Shown here piece by piece: positions 1 to 9,534 of a stretch of 54,094 nucleotides of DNA. The DNA comes from an uncultured archaeon. Lineage in GTDB: Archaea; Iainarchaeota; Iainarchaeia; Iainarchaeales; Iainarchaeaceae. Each line of letters starts with the position of its first letter. Position 1 is the first letter of the stretch. Both the position numbers and the translations under genes were made by a program. The stretch is taken from positions 1 to 54,094 of the forward strand of contig CABMIU010000025.1 of NCBI GenBank assembly GCA_902386385.1, read 5' to 3'. Under the pieces are notes generated by a model. It did no database searches. It worked only from the letters and a program-made list of their open reading frames with translations, and was not told where the DNA came from.

Positions 1-627
1 AATGCCAATGGTGTTTTACTTGTCGCTATTACCTCAAGGGCAGGCGTGCCAAAAATTAAAACTGAAACCGAGGAAACTATGAAAAAGCTCGGAATTGACC
101 CGAAACTTTTCGCAGGCATAAAATACTGGCTATTAAGGCTAAAGCTGGAAATCTACACAGTTCCTGATTCCACAAACCTGATTCGCAGCATGAAAAGGGA
201 TTTCAGAGTTTCTGACGAGGAGCTCACACGGTTTTTCAAGTCACTAAAGGCAGAGCCTGCGGAAATCAGGAGGGAATTATTTCCCGCAGTCGTAAAAGCA
301 TTCCAGATACACGAAGTTATGAAAGCACGCGGAATAACCGCGAAAAATGCGATTATGGTTGGTGACAACCCGCTGATTGACCTAGCTGCAGCGAGGCTGC
401 TCGGAATACAGCACGCATCCGCGAATTTTGACAAGTACAGTTTCCGTCCTTTCGAAAATACAATTGGGGCAAAAAGGCGGATTTCACTGGGTGATGCATC
501 GAAAGCCAGCCGAAAAAGGCAGTTGCAAACAACCGTGGCAAAAAAAACGGGCATTCATAGAAGCCCACAGGACCTCGGAATAAGGTGGCATAGGCAAAAA
601 GCAATAAAGGCTTTTTTAAGGCGGTAA
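1..627 (+). CDS. HAD-superfamily hydrolase-like protein, 5' end outside the window
   Basis: Frame is open from base 1 (NANGVLLVAITSRAG, like HAD motif II). Motif IV-like MVGDNPLIDLAAARLLG is present, followed by a basic C-terminal tail. Confidence 0.6.
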   Translation, partial: NANGVLLVAITSRAGVPKIKTETEETMKKLGIDPKLFAGIKYWLLRLKLEIYTVPDSTNLIRSMKRDFRVSDEELTRFFKSLKAEPAEIRRELFPAVVKAFQIHEVMKARGITAKNAIMVGDNPLIDLAAARLLGIQHASANFDKYSFRPFENTIGAKRRISLGDASKASRKRQLQTTVAKKTGIHRSPQDLGIRWHRQKAIKAFLRR

Positions 628-628
628 T

Positions 629-1195
629 TCACATATCCATTCCGAGCAGCATTTTGTGCATAAAAAAATTCTTCTCTGTTTCCGGGTGGAATGTTCCAAC
701 GAGGACATTTCCTTCGCACACAAGCACAGGATGCCCCTCGAATTCCGCCAGAACTTCCACTTCCTTGCCGATTTTTCTTATAACCGGCGCCCTGATGAAA
801 ATGCCATTCAGCCTGCCATGGCCCTTCACATCAAGCCCTGTCTCGAACGAGTCAACCTGCCGCCCGTATGCGTTGCGCCCGATTTCGATGTCAATCAGCC
901 CAAGAGGCCTGAACCTTTTCTCGCCTGCAACCTTTTTCGCGGCGAGGATTGCCCCCGCACAGGTTCCGTAGAAAGGCATCCCTTTTGAAACGCGCTTTTT
1001 TATTTCCTTTGCGAGGCCGGAGGTTTCCAGCAGCTTTGCAATTGTAGTGCTCTCCCCGCCAGGGATTATCAGGCAGGTGCACTTCTGCAAATCCGCAATT
1101 GAGCGCACCTCTATTGCGGGAATGAATTTTTCCTTCAGCAGGGCAAGGTGCTCCCTGAAATCGCCCTGCAGTGCGAGCACGCCTACAAGAACCAT
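629..1195 (-). CDS. pdxT: PLP synthase glutaminase subunit
   Basis: GVLALQGDF, PGGESTT, GTCAG, RNAYGRQ, FIRAP and FHPE motifs; lies downstream of pdxS. Confidence 0.97.
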   Translation of the reverse strand: MVLVGVLALQGDFREHLALLKEKFIPAIEVRSIADLQKCTCLIIPGGESTTIAKLLETSGLAKEIKKRVSKGMPFYGTCAGAILAAKKVAGEKRFRPLGLIDIEIGRNAYGRQVDSFETGLDVKGHGRLNGIFIRAPVIRKIGKEVEVLAEFEGHPVLVCEGNVLVGTFHPETEKNFFMHKMLLGMDM

Positions 1196-1358
1196 GCAAC
1201 CGAACTCTCCATTTGCTAATTTTCACTCAAGCGACCTGCGCCGCTCCGTAGCACCCCGTGAAAACGCAGGGGGCAGTATTGTGGTGGAATAAACAAGCTT
1301 TGCCCTTTTGGCGACAGGGGCTTTTGCCCTGCCATGGGTTTTCTTTTTTTCCTGCAAT

Positions 1359-2255
1359 TCACCAGCCCCTTTCCTGCATCCTAGTTTCAAGCTTTGAAAT
1401 CTCGATGCCCTGCATCGCTTCCCCAATGCCGGTGGAGACCTTGACAAGGAGCTTCGGGTCGCTGTAATGGCTCGTCGCCTCGACAATAGCGCGGGCGAAT
1501 TTTCCGGGGCTATTGGACTTGAAAATGCCGGAGCCGACAAATATGCCGTCAACCCCGAGCTGCATCATCAGTGCCGCATCAGCAGGAGTGGCAATCCCCC
1601 CGGCTGCAAAATTCACGACAGGAAGCCTCCCGAGGCTTATTGTTTTCTTGACCAAATCAAGCGGCACCCTGAATTTCGAGGCGGCTGCATCGAGCCGGTC
1701 GAGATGGGCGAATTTCAGGTCATCAATCTGCTGGTTCACTGTACGCACATGCCTCACTGCCTATATCACGTTGCCTGTCCCGGCCTCCCCTTTTGTCCTT
1801 ATCATCGCTGCGCCTTCATTAATCCTGCGCAAGGCTTCCCCCAAATCCCTGCAGCCGCACACGAAAGGAACCGAAAACTTCCGTTTGTCAACGTGGAACT
1901 GCGCATCCGCGGGAGTGAGGACCTCGCTTTCATCTATGAAGTCAACGCCCATCTCCTGCAGGAGCTGCGCCTCGGCAAAATGCCCAATCCTGCATTTTGC
2001 CATCACCGGAACGGAAACGGCTTTCATTATTTCCCTTATTTTCCCGGGGTCAGCCATGCGTGCGACGCCCCCGGCTGCGCGGATGTCCGCCGGGACCCTC
2101 TCAAGGGCCATCACCGCGCATGCGCCGGCCTTCTCCGCTATTTTAGCCTGCTTTGCATTAATGACATCCATTATTACGCCGCCCTTGAGCATTTCCGCAA
2201 AGCCCTCCTTGAGCCTGAAGGTTCCCTTCAATGCCTTTTTCCCCGAAACAGCCAT
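1359..2255 (-). pseudogene. pdxS: PLP synthase lyase subunit with one in-frame TAG (1761-1763)
   Basis: Track ORFs 1761..2279 and 1359..1757 are one frame: [10 protein letters not shown]...[13 protein letters not shown]...[13 protein letters not shown]...MQERGW. The stop sits where PdxS has a conserved Glu. May be a sequencing error. Confidence 0.9.
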
Positions 2256-2370
2256 AAAAACCACTCGCCGACAAAGCAAAAAAATGCAATTTCCAGTAAA
2301 ACTATTGCTCCAATTAGTAATTAAAAGGTTATTAAAGGAAACCTCCCACCTACTTGTAAAAAATAAATTT

Positions 2371-2919
2371 TTATAGCATGCCCCCGATAAGCAGAATAAT
2401 GAAAATTCCCGCGGTATTCAGGACATAGGAAATCATGGCAAAGCGCCCAATCGAAATGTTTCTTGATGCCGCTAGAAGGGAAACCCCGATTTCGTCCGGA
2501 AGCGGCGAGGCAATTATAATGCCTGCAAAAACCGGCACCAGGTATTTTTTCAGCAGGCCTGGCGTGCAGCGGTTTATGCCAGACATTATCCTTTCCCTGG
2601 AAAATTCCTCGATTTCGTCAGCAAATGAGTAGCGTATGAACCTGAATATTAGATAGTCACTCACCAAGGCCCCAAAACCCCCCAGAAAACCGGCAAGGAA
2701 AATGTTCTGCCCTTTTGCAAGCATAAGCAAAGCGGCAGTTGCAGGCCCGGCGGTGAAGCCATAAGCGAAAAATGCGCCGGCAATGAACGTGCCCGCATAG
2801 CCGGACGACAGGACATAAGCCCTGAACGGGGCAAAGACGCTTCCAGAAAAAAGAAGGTAAGAAAGCGAAAATGTCAGCAGCAGCAAAAGCAGCTTCGGGT
2901 ACTTGATAAGCACAGCCAT
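2371..2919 (-). CDS. Multi-pass membrane protein (possibly VTT/DedA-like)
   Basis: About five hydrophobic helices and a SPLPDEIG motif; start placed at MAVLIKY. Confidence 0.7.
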   Translation of the reverse strand: MAVLIKYPKLLLLLLTFSLSYLLFSGSVFAPFRAYVLSSGYAGTFIAGAFFAYGFTAGPATAALLMLAKGQNIFLAGFLGGFGALVSDYLIFRFIRYSFADEIEEFSRERIMSGINRCTPGLLKKYLVPVFAGIIIASPLPDEIGVSLLAASRNISIGRFAMISYVLNTAGIFIILLIGGML

Positions 2920-3263
2920 AACCAATGTAAAATAAGATTTCAGAAAATATAAATGCAAAGGTTTAGCCTTGAACCGGGACAGGCTCAACACGCACAAAAA
3001 AATCCAGCGATTTGAACAAAGGACTGGCCAGGGTTGCAATGCAATGTCTGAACATTGACATGGAACGCGTGATGCCCCCTCATGCTTTTTATGGCCAATG
3101 TAAGCCAAATCAACCATATTTTGACATGCCCTCGCCAGTTGCCGGCGCGCTGCGGGATAAACACAGGGCAGCAATCTCTTTCAAAATGCCATTTTTTTCA
3201 TTTTGGGGACTTTCCGTAGGATTATATATTTTTCTTCCTCTATTGAAGCAGGAGGGCTGCAAA

Positions 3264-3485
3264 ATGGGTTTAGGTGAAGCGGTACAAATAGGCACTATGC
3301 TGACAGTGACAGCGATTTCTTCGGTATTATTGATTGTTCTTGGCGTAATTTACTTTGCAGTAAGCCTCGTGATAATAAAGGTTTCCGCGGGGCTGGTGGG
3401 ATACTCGGCGGTTTCGGCAGAAACCGCGGTCCTGAGCGCCGCTATATTGAGCGCTGCCTCGCTTGTGGCAAGCAACAGGAAATGA
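3264..3485 (+). CDS. Small two-helix membrane protein (73 aa)
   Basis: GGAGG at 3251-3255 before the ATG, TATA-like TTATATAT upstream, hydrophobic product. Confidence 0.65.
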   Translation: MGLGEAVQIGTMLTVTAISSVLLIVLGVIYFAVSLVIIKVSAGLVGYSAVSAETAVLSAAILSAASLVASNRK

Positions 3486-4278
3486 TGGCATCATCCGGGC
3501 CGGCCAGAATGCCTGCAATTATTTCAATCCATCCTTTCTGACCCTTTGCCTTGGCCTTTTTGAATTTTTTCGATGCATACCCCCCGTCCGGTTTCCTCAC
3601 CAAGTAAGCGTCGTCTGCCGCGGCCAGCATTGCAATGTCGTTCTCGCTGTCGCCTATTGCAATTGAGTTGATTTGCCCGAACTCCTTTTTGTAAAGGTAT
3701 GCCAGTTTTTTAACGGCCTTGCCCTTGTCGTGGCCGATGCAAAGGTGGCAAAAACCCCCCCCCATCAAAAAAATAAGCCCTTTTTTCCTGGCAATTTTTG
3801 CAAGTTCTTTTGCACTTCCAGAATGGAGCAGGAAGCATTCGTCAAATTCCCTTTTCTTTGCCTTTGCTGCAAGTGCCCTGCCCATGCCGGTTAGCTCCAT
3901 TGCCCTCTGCAGGCCCATTTCCGAAAGCGATTCAGTTTCAAAGCCTTTTTTTCGCATTTCCGCGAGGAATTTTCTTGGCTTGGAAACCCCCTTTGACAAT
4001 TTTATTTCAAGCAACCTGCCGGCAGAAACAGCCCCGCTGGCCTTGAAGCTGAAATATTTTTTCGGGATGAAAATCGCGGCACCGTTCTCGCTGATGAATG
4101 GGCCATGCAGCCCCAGCTTTCTCTGCCAGTATTCAAGCTCGGCCCTTGTTTTGCTGGAAACCGGGACAACCGGGATTTTTTTATTTCTGAGCATCGCCAG
4201 CGAAGCCTTTGCGCCATCTGAAGGACCCTGGCCATTTTCAAGCAGGGTTCCGTCAAGGTCTGTGAATACCACCTTCAT
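3442..4278 (-). CDS. mpgP: Mannosyl/glucosyl-3-phosphoglycerate phosphatase (HAD IIB)
   Basis: FTDLDGTLL, SSKTRAE, ISENGA, DKGKAV and IGDSENDIAML motifs; coupled to gpgS by an overlapping ATGA. Confidence 0.88.
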   Translation of the reverse strand: MKVVFTDLDGTLLENGQGPSDGAKASLAMLRNKKIPVVPVSSKTRAELEYWQRKLGLHGPFISENGAAIFIPKKYFSFKASGAVSAGRLLEIKLSKGVSKPRKFLAEMRKKGFETESLSEMGLQRAMELTGMGRALAAKAKKREFDECFLLHSGSAKELAKIARKKGLIFLMGGGFCHLCIGHDKGKAVKKLAYLYKKEFGQINSIAIGDSENDIAMLAAADDAYLVRKPDGGYASKKFKKAKAKGQKGWIEIIAGILAGPDDAIISCCLPQARQRSI

Positions 4279-5273
4279 TTTGACGCCTCTTGCCAGCCCA
4301 TGAATTTTTCGCGGTACTCTTTTATTGTAACCATCGGCGGCCTGTGCTTGATCAGGAATAGCTTCTTTGCCAATGCGTATTCTATTTTCTCACCGCTCAA
4401 TTTTGGCTCGATGAGGGTGTACATCTGGTTGATTTTATCGAGATTCACGAAAACGCCGAGGGAATTGGATTTTTCGGAAAAAGCCTGGAGGATTTCAAAC
4501 GACATTTTGCTCAGGTCATTCAATGGCCTGTTCCTGTGTTCCCTTGTCTCAAGGTCGACCTGTGCCATGGAGTCCAGGCCAAAACTCCTTTCAAGGTCAA
4601 TAAGCAGCCCCATTTCAACGCCATAGCCAGTGAAGAAAGGGACTTTTTCAAGGACTTCGCGGGTGCCGGCATATTCCCCGCTCAGAGGCTGTATGAATCC
4701 CGCGAGCTGCGGGAAATAGGCGTTGTAAAGCGGCCTCATAAGAAGTTCTGTGACCCTGCCGCCTTCGAGGTTTTTCAGGCCACCCCCCACATCAAGCGGC
4801 CGCTGGTAAAAAGCCTTTGAAAAATTAATGTTTCTGTACTTTAGAATCGGGCCTACAAGGCCATAAACGAATTTCGGGTTTATGTTCTTTATGTCTGCAT
4901 CAACCCAGCAGATTATGTCCCCTGCCGAGACAAAAAGGCTTTTCCAGAGGTTCTCCCCCTTCCCTTTCGCATATCCTTCGCCCGGCAATATATCCTTGGC
5001 GTAATAAAAAAGCGCACCGGCTTCCTCCGCAACCTTTTTCGTGTTGTCTCTTGACCCGGAATCTATTACAATTATCTCGTCAATCAGCCTTGTTTTTTTC
5101 ATTAGCGTATCCCTGAGCTCACGGATGACATTGCCAACAGTGACCTCTTCATTAAGCGTCGGGATTACGCACGAGATTCTCTTTTTTTGCTTTTTCTTTA
5201 TGTCCACGAGCTCATCCAGCGAAAAATCCGTTGCAATGAACCGGTTCTTTTCAAACCACTTTTCAACATCCAT
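4275..5273 (-). CDS. gpgS: Glucosyl-3-phosphoglycerate synthase
   Basis: IPTLNEEVTVG, DSGSRD, GKGENLW, DAD, GGRVTEL, QPLSGEYA, GYGVEMGLL and HRNRPL motifs. Confidence 0.92.
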   Translation of the reverse strand: MDVEKWFEKNRFIATDFSLDELVDIKKKQKKRISCVIPTLNEEVTVGNVIRELRDTLMKKTRLIDEIIVIDSGSRDNTKKVAEEAGALFYYAKDILPGEGYAKGKGENLWKSLFVSAGDIICWVDADIKNINPKFVYGLVGPILKYRNINFSKAFYQRPLDVGGGLKNLEGGRVTELLMRPLYNAYFPQLAGFIQPLSGEYAGTREVLEKVPFFTGYGVEMGLLIDLERSFGLDSMAQVDLETREHRNRPLNDLSKMSFEILQAFSEKSNSLGVFVNLDKINQMYTLIEPKLSGEKIEYALAKKLFLIKHRPPMVTIKEYREKFMGWQEASK

Positions 5274-5460
5274 GCCAAAAAAAGAAACAGACCAATCATT
5301 AAAAACATTTATTTTTTGCTGAAAAACTGGTTTTTACGCCGATTGTCCAGCATTAAGTAATGCCTGCATTTTGGCCGGAACAACTCTCGCTATGGCCAAA
5401 CAGGCAGGGTTCGGCATTTGCCCCAATTGTTAATTAAAGGCTATTGTGGAAAAGTCTGTA

Positions 5461-6285
5461 ATGCTGACGCAGGAAATCGAGGAAAGGCTCATGGACTACC
5501 TGAAAGAGGATTTCGGGACAGGCGACATCACCTCCGCAATTACCCCTTCAAGGGAATGCCTCGCGTCGATAAATGTAAACGAACCATGCACGCTCGCGGG
5601 AATGGAGGAAGTCTCATTCCTGATGCGCTACATGGGCCTGAAAGTGAAACCCCTGAAGGCTGACGGCGAGGCAGTGAAAAAAAGGGAAAAAGTGCTGGAA
5701 GCTTACGGCGAAAGCAGGAAAATCCTTTCAGCCGAGCGCGTCTGCCTAAACATACTCGGCAGGATGAGCGGCGTTGCATCAATGTGCGCCAAGGCGAGAA
5801 AAATCTGCGTGAAAGAAACAATCGCCTTGACGCGCAAAACAGTCCCCGGCTTCCAGCTGCTGGATAAGAAAGCCGGCCAGGCAGCAGGGGCATGGACACA
5901 CAGGAAAAATCTCGCGGAAATGATGCTGCTCAAGGACAACCACCTGAGATTCTTCGCCGGTTCCATTGAGGCGGCAAAAACCGCAAAGGCCTCAGGAAAG
6001 ATGTTCGAAATAGAGGCAGAGAACGCTGAGGACGCCCTCGCGGTTTTGCAGGCAAATCCTGACATGATAATGCTGGACAACTTCAATCCACAGGATGCGA
6101 AGAAGACAATCTCAAAACTCAGGAAAGCCGGGTTCCATGGAAAGATTGAACTCTCGGGCGGAATTACCTTAAAAAACCTGAAAACATATTGCAATATGGG
6201 CGCTGACATAATTTCGATGGGCGAGCTGACGAAAAAGGCGAGAATTGTTGATTTCAGCCTCGACATCACAGATATTAAGGCTTAA
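5461..6285 (+). CDS. nadC: Quinolinate phosphoribosyltransferase
   Basis: EDFGTGDIT, AERVCLN, TRKTVPG, LLKDNH, MLDNF and SGGIT motifs. Confidence 0.95.
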   Translation: MLTQEIEERLMDYLKEDFGTGDITSAITPSRECLASINVNEPCTLAGMEEVSFLMRYMGLKVKPLKADGEAVKKREKVLEAYGESRKILSAERVCLNILGRMSGVASMCAKARKICVKETIALTRKTVPGFQLLDKKAGQAAGAWTHRKNLAEMMLLKDNHLRFFAGSIEAAKTAKASGKMFEIEAENAEDALAVLQANPDMIMLDNFNPQDAKKTISKLRKAGFHGKIELSGGITLKNLKTYCNMGADIISMGELTKKARIVDFSLDITDIKA

Positions 6286-6315
6286 ACAACAATTAATTCC
6301 AAAAAGGGCGATGTC

Positions 6316-6834
6316 TTGAAACGGGGACTTTTTGTAGGGCGATTCCAGCCGTACCACAGCGGCCACCACAACGCGCTGAAGAACGCGCTGAAAGAAGTAG
6401 ATGAAATGGTTATCGTCGTCGGCTCGGCGAAGGAAAGCTTCCAGCTCGAAAACCCATTCACTTCAGGGGAGCGCATTGAAATGACAGGCCTCGCGCTGAA
6501 GGAGGACAAAATATTCGACAAATGCTATATTGTAGCGGTTGATGATATTTCAGAATTCGCCCTGTGGACGCAGCGCATAAGAGCCTATTGCCCTAAGTTC
6601 GACGTTGTTTACACTAACAACCCCCTTGTGAAGGAACTCTTCGAGGCAGACCATTGCCCTGTGAAAAAACTCGTGAGCAACAGCAGCGAAATCGATTCCA
6701 CAAGGATAAGGGAAAACATCGCAATCGGGGAAAGCATCTCAGGGATGGTGCCGAAAGCCGTTGAGAAGTTCCTCGAAAAGATAGACGCGCGGAAAAGGAT
6801 ACTTTCTATAACGCAGGACGAAGTCAAGCAGTAA
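6316..6834 (+). CDS. nadM: Archaeal NMN/NaMN adenylyltransferase
   Basis: GRFQPYHSGH, ENPFTSGER and STRIR motifs; TTG start. Confidence 0.92.
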   Translation: MKRGLFVGRFQPYHSGHHNALKNALKEVDEMVIVVGSAKESFQLENPFTSGERIEMTGLALKEDKIFDKCYIVAVDDISEFALWTQRIRAYCPKFDVVYTNNPLVKELFEADHCPVKKLVSNSSEIDSTRIRENIAIGESISGMVPKAVEKFLEKIDARKRILSITQDEVKQ

Positions 6835-6838
6835 AACA

Positions 6839-6941
6839 ACCTTTTCCTTTCTATTTAGAAGAGAAAGTAAAAGGTCCTTGTCCCTTTAGGGACGAGGTCT
6901 CATGCTCTTTAGGGCACAAGATAATCAAAAGGAAAGAGAAC
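6839..6941. repeat. Intergenic multi-hairpin element, copy 1 (related to 31246-31349)
   Basis: ACCTTTTcCTTTCT/AGAAAGtAAAAGGT stem, then CCTTGTCCCT-TT-AGGGACGAGG and TGCTCT-TT-AGGGCA hairpins, then CAAAAGGAAAGAGAAC. Confidence 0.65.
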
Positions 6942-6953
6942 AGCTTCGTAAAA

Positions 6954-8414
6954 ATGAAGATTATGCCAGAAAAATTTGATTTGATTGTAGTTGGCTCCGG
7001 GATTGCAGGCCTCAGCGCCGCCTTGGAGGCTGCAAAATCAAAGGGAAAATCCATCTGCCTCATTGACCGGTTCGATGAATCGCACTCTAACAGCTTCTGT
7101 GCACAGGGCGGAATTGCGTGCGCATTCGCTAAAAATGATTCATGGCAGAAGCATGCACAGGATACATTGGCGGCCGGAGCGGGCTTGTGCAACAATGAAA
7201 TAGTGAATCTTGTCACAAAAAAAGGGCCTGAGGCGATAAAAGAACTCATGGATTCGGGGCTTGAATTTGACGGCGGGAACGCGAAGCCCGAATTCGGGCT
7301 GGAAGGCGGTCACTCGGAGAAAAGGGTGCTGCACATCAAAGGCGACCAGACAGGGAAAGAGGTTACAAAATTCATGGCAAGGCTCGCAAAAGAACAAGGA
7401 AATATCCAAATCATCGGCAAGGCATTCATGGCAGGCATAGCGGCAGGCAACAATGGGTTTATTGGAATTGAGGCAATAGGCAAAGCCGATGCCATTTCAG
7501 GGAACGCTCTCGTAATTGCCACAGGCGGCTACGCAGCGTGCTTTGAAAAATCAACCAACCCTGAAACAACACTCGGAAGCGGGATTGCTGTTGCAGAGCA
7601 GGCCGGGTGCATCCTCGGGGGAATGGAATTCGTGCAGTTCCACCCCACAACCCTGCAATCAGCAATAGGCTCAAACTTTCTGGTGAGCGAGGCAGTGCGC
7701 GGCGAAGGCGGGAAAATAGTGGACGGAAACAACAGGGCGATAGTGAACCCACTGTGGACAAGGGACAAGGTAAGCATCGCCATTTATGAAGAGCTTGCGG
7801 CTGGAGGAAAAGTTTTTTTGGACGCCCGTGAGGTCAGGGCAGATTTTGCTGAACGGTTCCCTTCAATTTACGCAGAGCTGCTGAGGCACAAAATCAACCC
7901 TGAAACCGACCTGATACCCATTGAAGCCGCGGCACATTACACGATAGGAGGCATAAAAACCAATGAAAGGGCAATGGCAAGCATAAAGGGAATTTATGCC
8001 GCGGGAGAATGCTCCTGCTCCGGGCTGCACGGCGCGAACAGGCTTGCATCCAATTCGCTGCTAGAAGGCCTCGTGATGGGGAAGATTGCAGGGGCGAATG
8101 CCATTAGTGAAAAATCCGGCAAGCAAAGCCCCACAAAGCCAAATCTAAAAATTTCGCCTGAGAAGGGCGGCTTGTCCCAGGCAATTGCCCTGAAGCAGAT
8201 GAGGCAAGCAATGTGGGCAAATTGCGGAATCGTGCGCGAAACCGCAAAAATGGAAAGCGGACTCGCGAAAATAAAAATGCTTGAAAAAGAAATCGAAGTT
8301 TCTGAAACAATTGAAAATGCCGTTGCGCGGAACGCCTTGCTGGTTTCGCGAAGGACTTTTGAGGCGGCACTTGCAAGAAAAGGGAGCGTGGGATGCCATT
8401 GCAGGATAAACTAA
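6954..8414 (+). CDS. nadB: L-aspartate oxidase
   Basis: GSGIAG, AQGGIA, EGGHS, EFVQFHPT, SEAVRGEGG, HYTIGGI and GLHGANRLASNSLLEG motifs. Confidence 0.95.
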   Translation: MKIMPEKFDLIVVGSGIAGLSAALEAAKSKGKSICLIDRFDESHSNSFCAQGGIACAFAKNDSWQKHAQDTLAAGAGLCNNEIVNLVTKKGPEAIKELMDSGLEFDGGNAKPEFGLEGGHSEKRVLHIKGDQTGKEVTKFMARLAKEQGNIQIIGKAFMAGIAAGNNGFIGIEAIGKADAISGNALVIATGGYAACFEKSTNPETTLGSGIAVAEQAGCILGGMEFVQFHPTTLQSAIGSNFLVSEAVRGEGGKIVDGNNRAIVNPLWTRDKVSIAIYEELAAGGKVFLDAREVRADFAERFPSIYAELLRHKINPETDLIPIEAAAHYTIGGIKTNERAMASIKGIYAAGECSCSGLHGANRLASNSLLEGLVMGKIAGANAISEKSGKQSPTKPNLKISPEKGGLSQAIALKQMRQAMWANCGIVRETAKMESGLAKIKMLEKEIEVSETIENAVARNALLVSRRTFEAALARKGSVGCHCRIN

Positions 8415-8430
8415 AGTGAATTGGGATAAT

Positions 8431-9480
8431 TCACTTCCCTATTTCTATCATCCTGTCCAATGCCTTTTTCGCCTTTTCGCGGACATTCTCAGGCACCTTG
8501 ACCTCAAACATTTCCTTCTCAAGCGCCTCGAGCACATTCTCGAGCGTTATTTTCTTCATGTAGGGGCAGATGCTGCACGGCGTTATGAATTCCTTGTCAG
8601 GGAACCTCTCGCGCAGCAGGTCGGACATCCCGCATTCGGTCGCGATGAGGAAGCGCTTTTCCTTGCTCGCCGCGATGTAATTAATCATGTCAGTTGTTCC
8701 GCCCGCCATGTCCGCAAGCGAAACAACCTCGGGAAGGCACTCCGTATGAGCAAGCACTTTCAAGCCGGGATATGAGTGCCTATATTCCAATACCTGTTCC
8801 GCGGAGAATGAGTCGTGCACAATGCATTTCCCGCTCCAAGCGATTATTTTCTTTTTTGCCCTGGCCTGAAGGTTGGCAGCCATGAATTTGTCAGGCACGA
8901 AAATAACCTCGTTGCCGGGCATTGCCTCAATCACTTTGAGGGCATTCGCGCTTGTGCAGCAGACATCACATTCAGCCTTCACTTCCGCACTCGTGTTCAC
9001 ATAGCACACGGCAGGCACGCCAGGATGCTCTGACTTCAGTTGGCGGACATCCTTGGCAGTAATGCTTTCCGCGAGAGAGCAACCGGCCTCAAGGCTGGGA
9101 ATCAAGACTTTTTTCTGCGGATTCAGGATTTTGGCGGTTTCAGCCATGAAATGGACGCCGCAGAACGCGATGACATCGGCATCGGTTTTCCTGGCCTCGA
9201 CGCTGAGGCCGTAGCTGTCCCCCGCAAAGTCAGCTATGCCGAGCAGAATCTCCGGGCGTTGGTAATTGTGGCAGAGAATCACCGCGTTCTTCTGCTTCTT
9301 CAACCAGTTGATTTTAAGGGTGAGCGGGGCAAACTGGAGGCAATCATCTTAAGAATAGCCAATCTTCGACATTTTAGAGTGCAGTCGCCTTGCCTCCACT
9401 GCAATAACATCCTTGCTGCCCTGCCACGCCCCATCGCCTGGTCCGAAGGAGTCGTCCTGGAAAATGCCGCCACTTGCCAT
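8431..9480 (-). CDS. nadA: Quinolinate synthase; probable true start at 9480 with an in-frame TAA at 9349-9351 (core 8431..9303 intact)
   Basis: HNYQ, FCGVHFMAE, AGCSLA, YVNTSA, CIVH, HTEC and CPYMK motifs. The upstream frame reads MASGG...EARRLHSKMSKIGYS*DDCLQFAPLTLKINWLKK, and a TATA box lies about 24 nt before ATG 9480. Confidence 0.9.
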
Positions 9481-9503
9481 AAAAGTGTATTCTGCGGTTC
9501 AGG

Positions 9504-9510
9504 GTTATAA
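9504..9510 (-). promoter_or_regulatory. TATA box for a leaderless nadA transcript
   Basis: TTTATAA on the minus strand about 24 nt upstream of ATG 9480. Confidence 0.55.
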
Positions 9511-9534
9511 ACGGATTGGGGCAAGAGCAGTAAT

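Noticed and set aside
1359..9480. Genome-wide stop-codon reassignment (TAG or TAA) or pyrrolysine
   Set aside because: TAA, TAG and TGA all end conserved genes at expected positions, only two internal stops were found and they differ, and no pyl genes are present.
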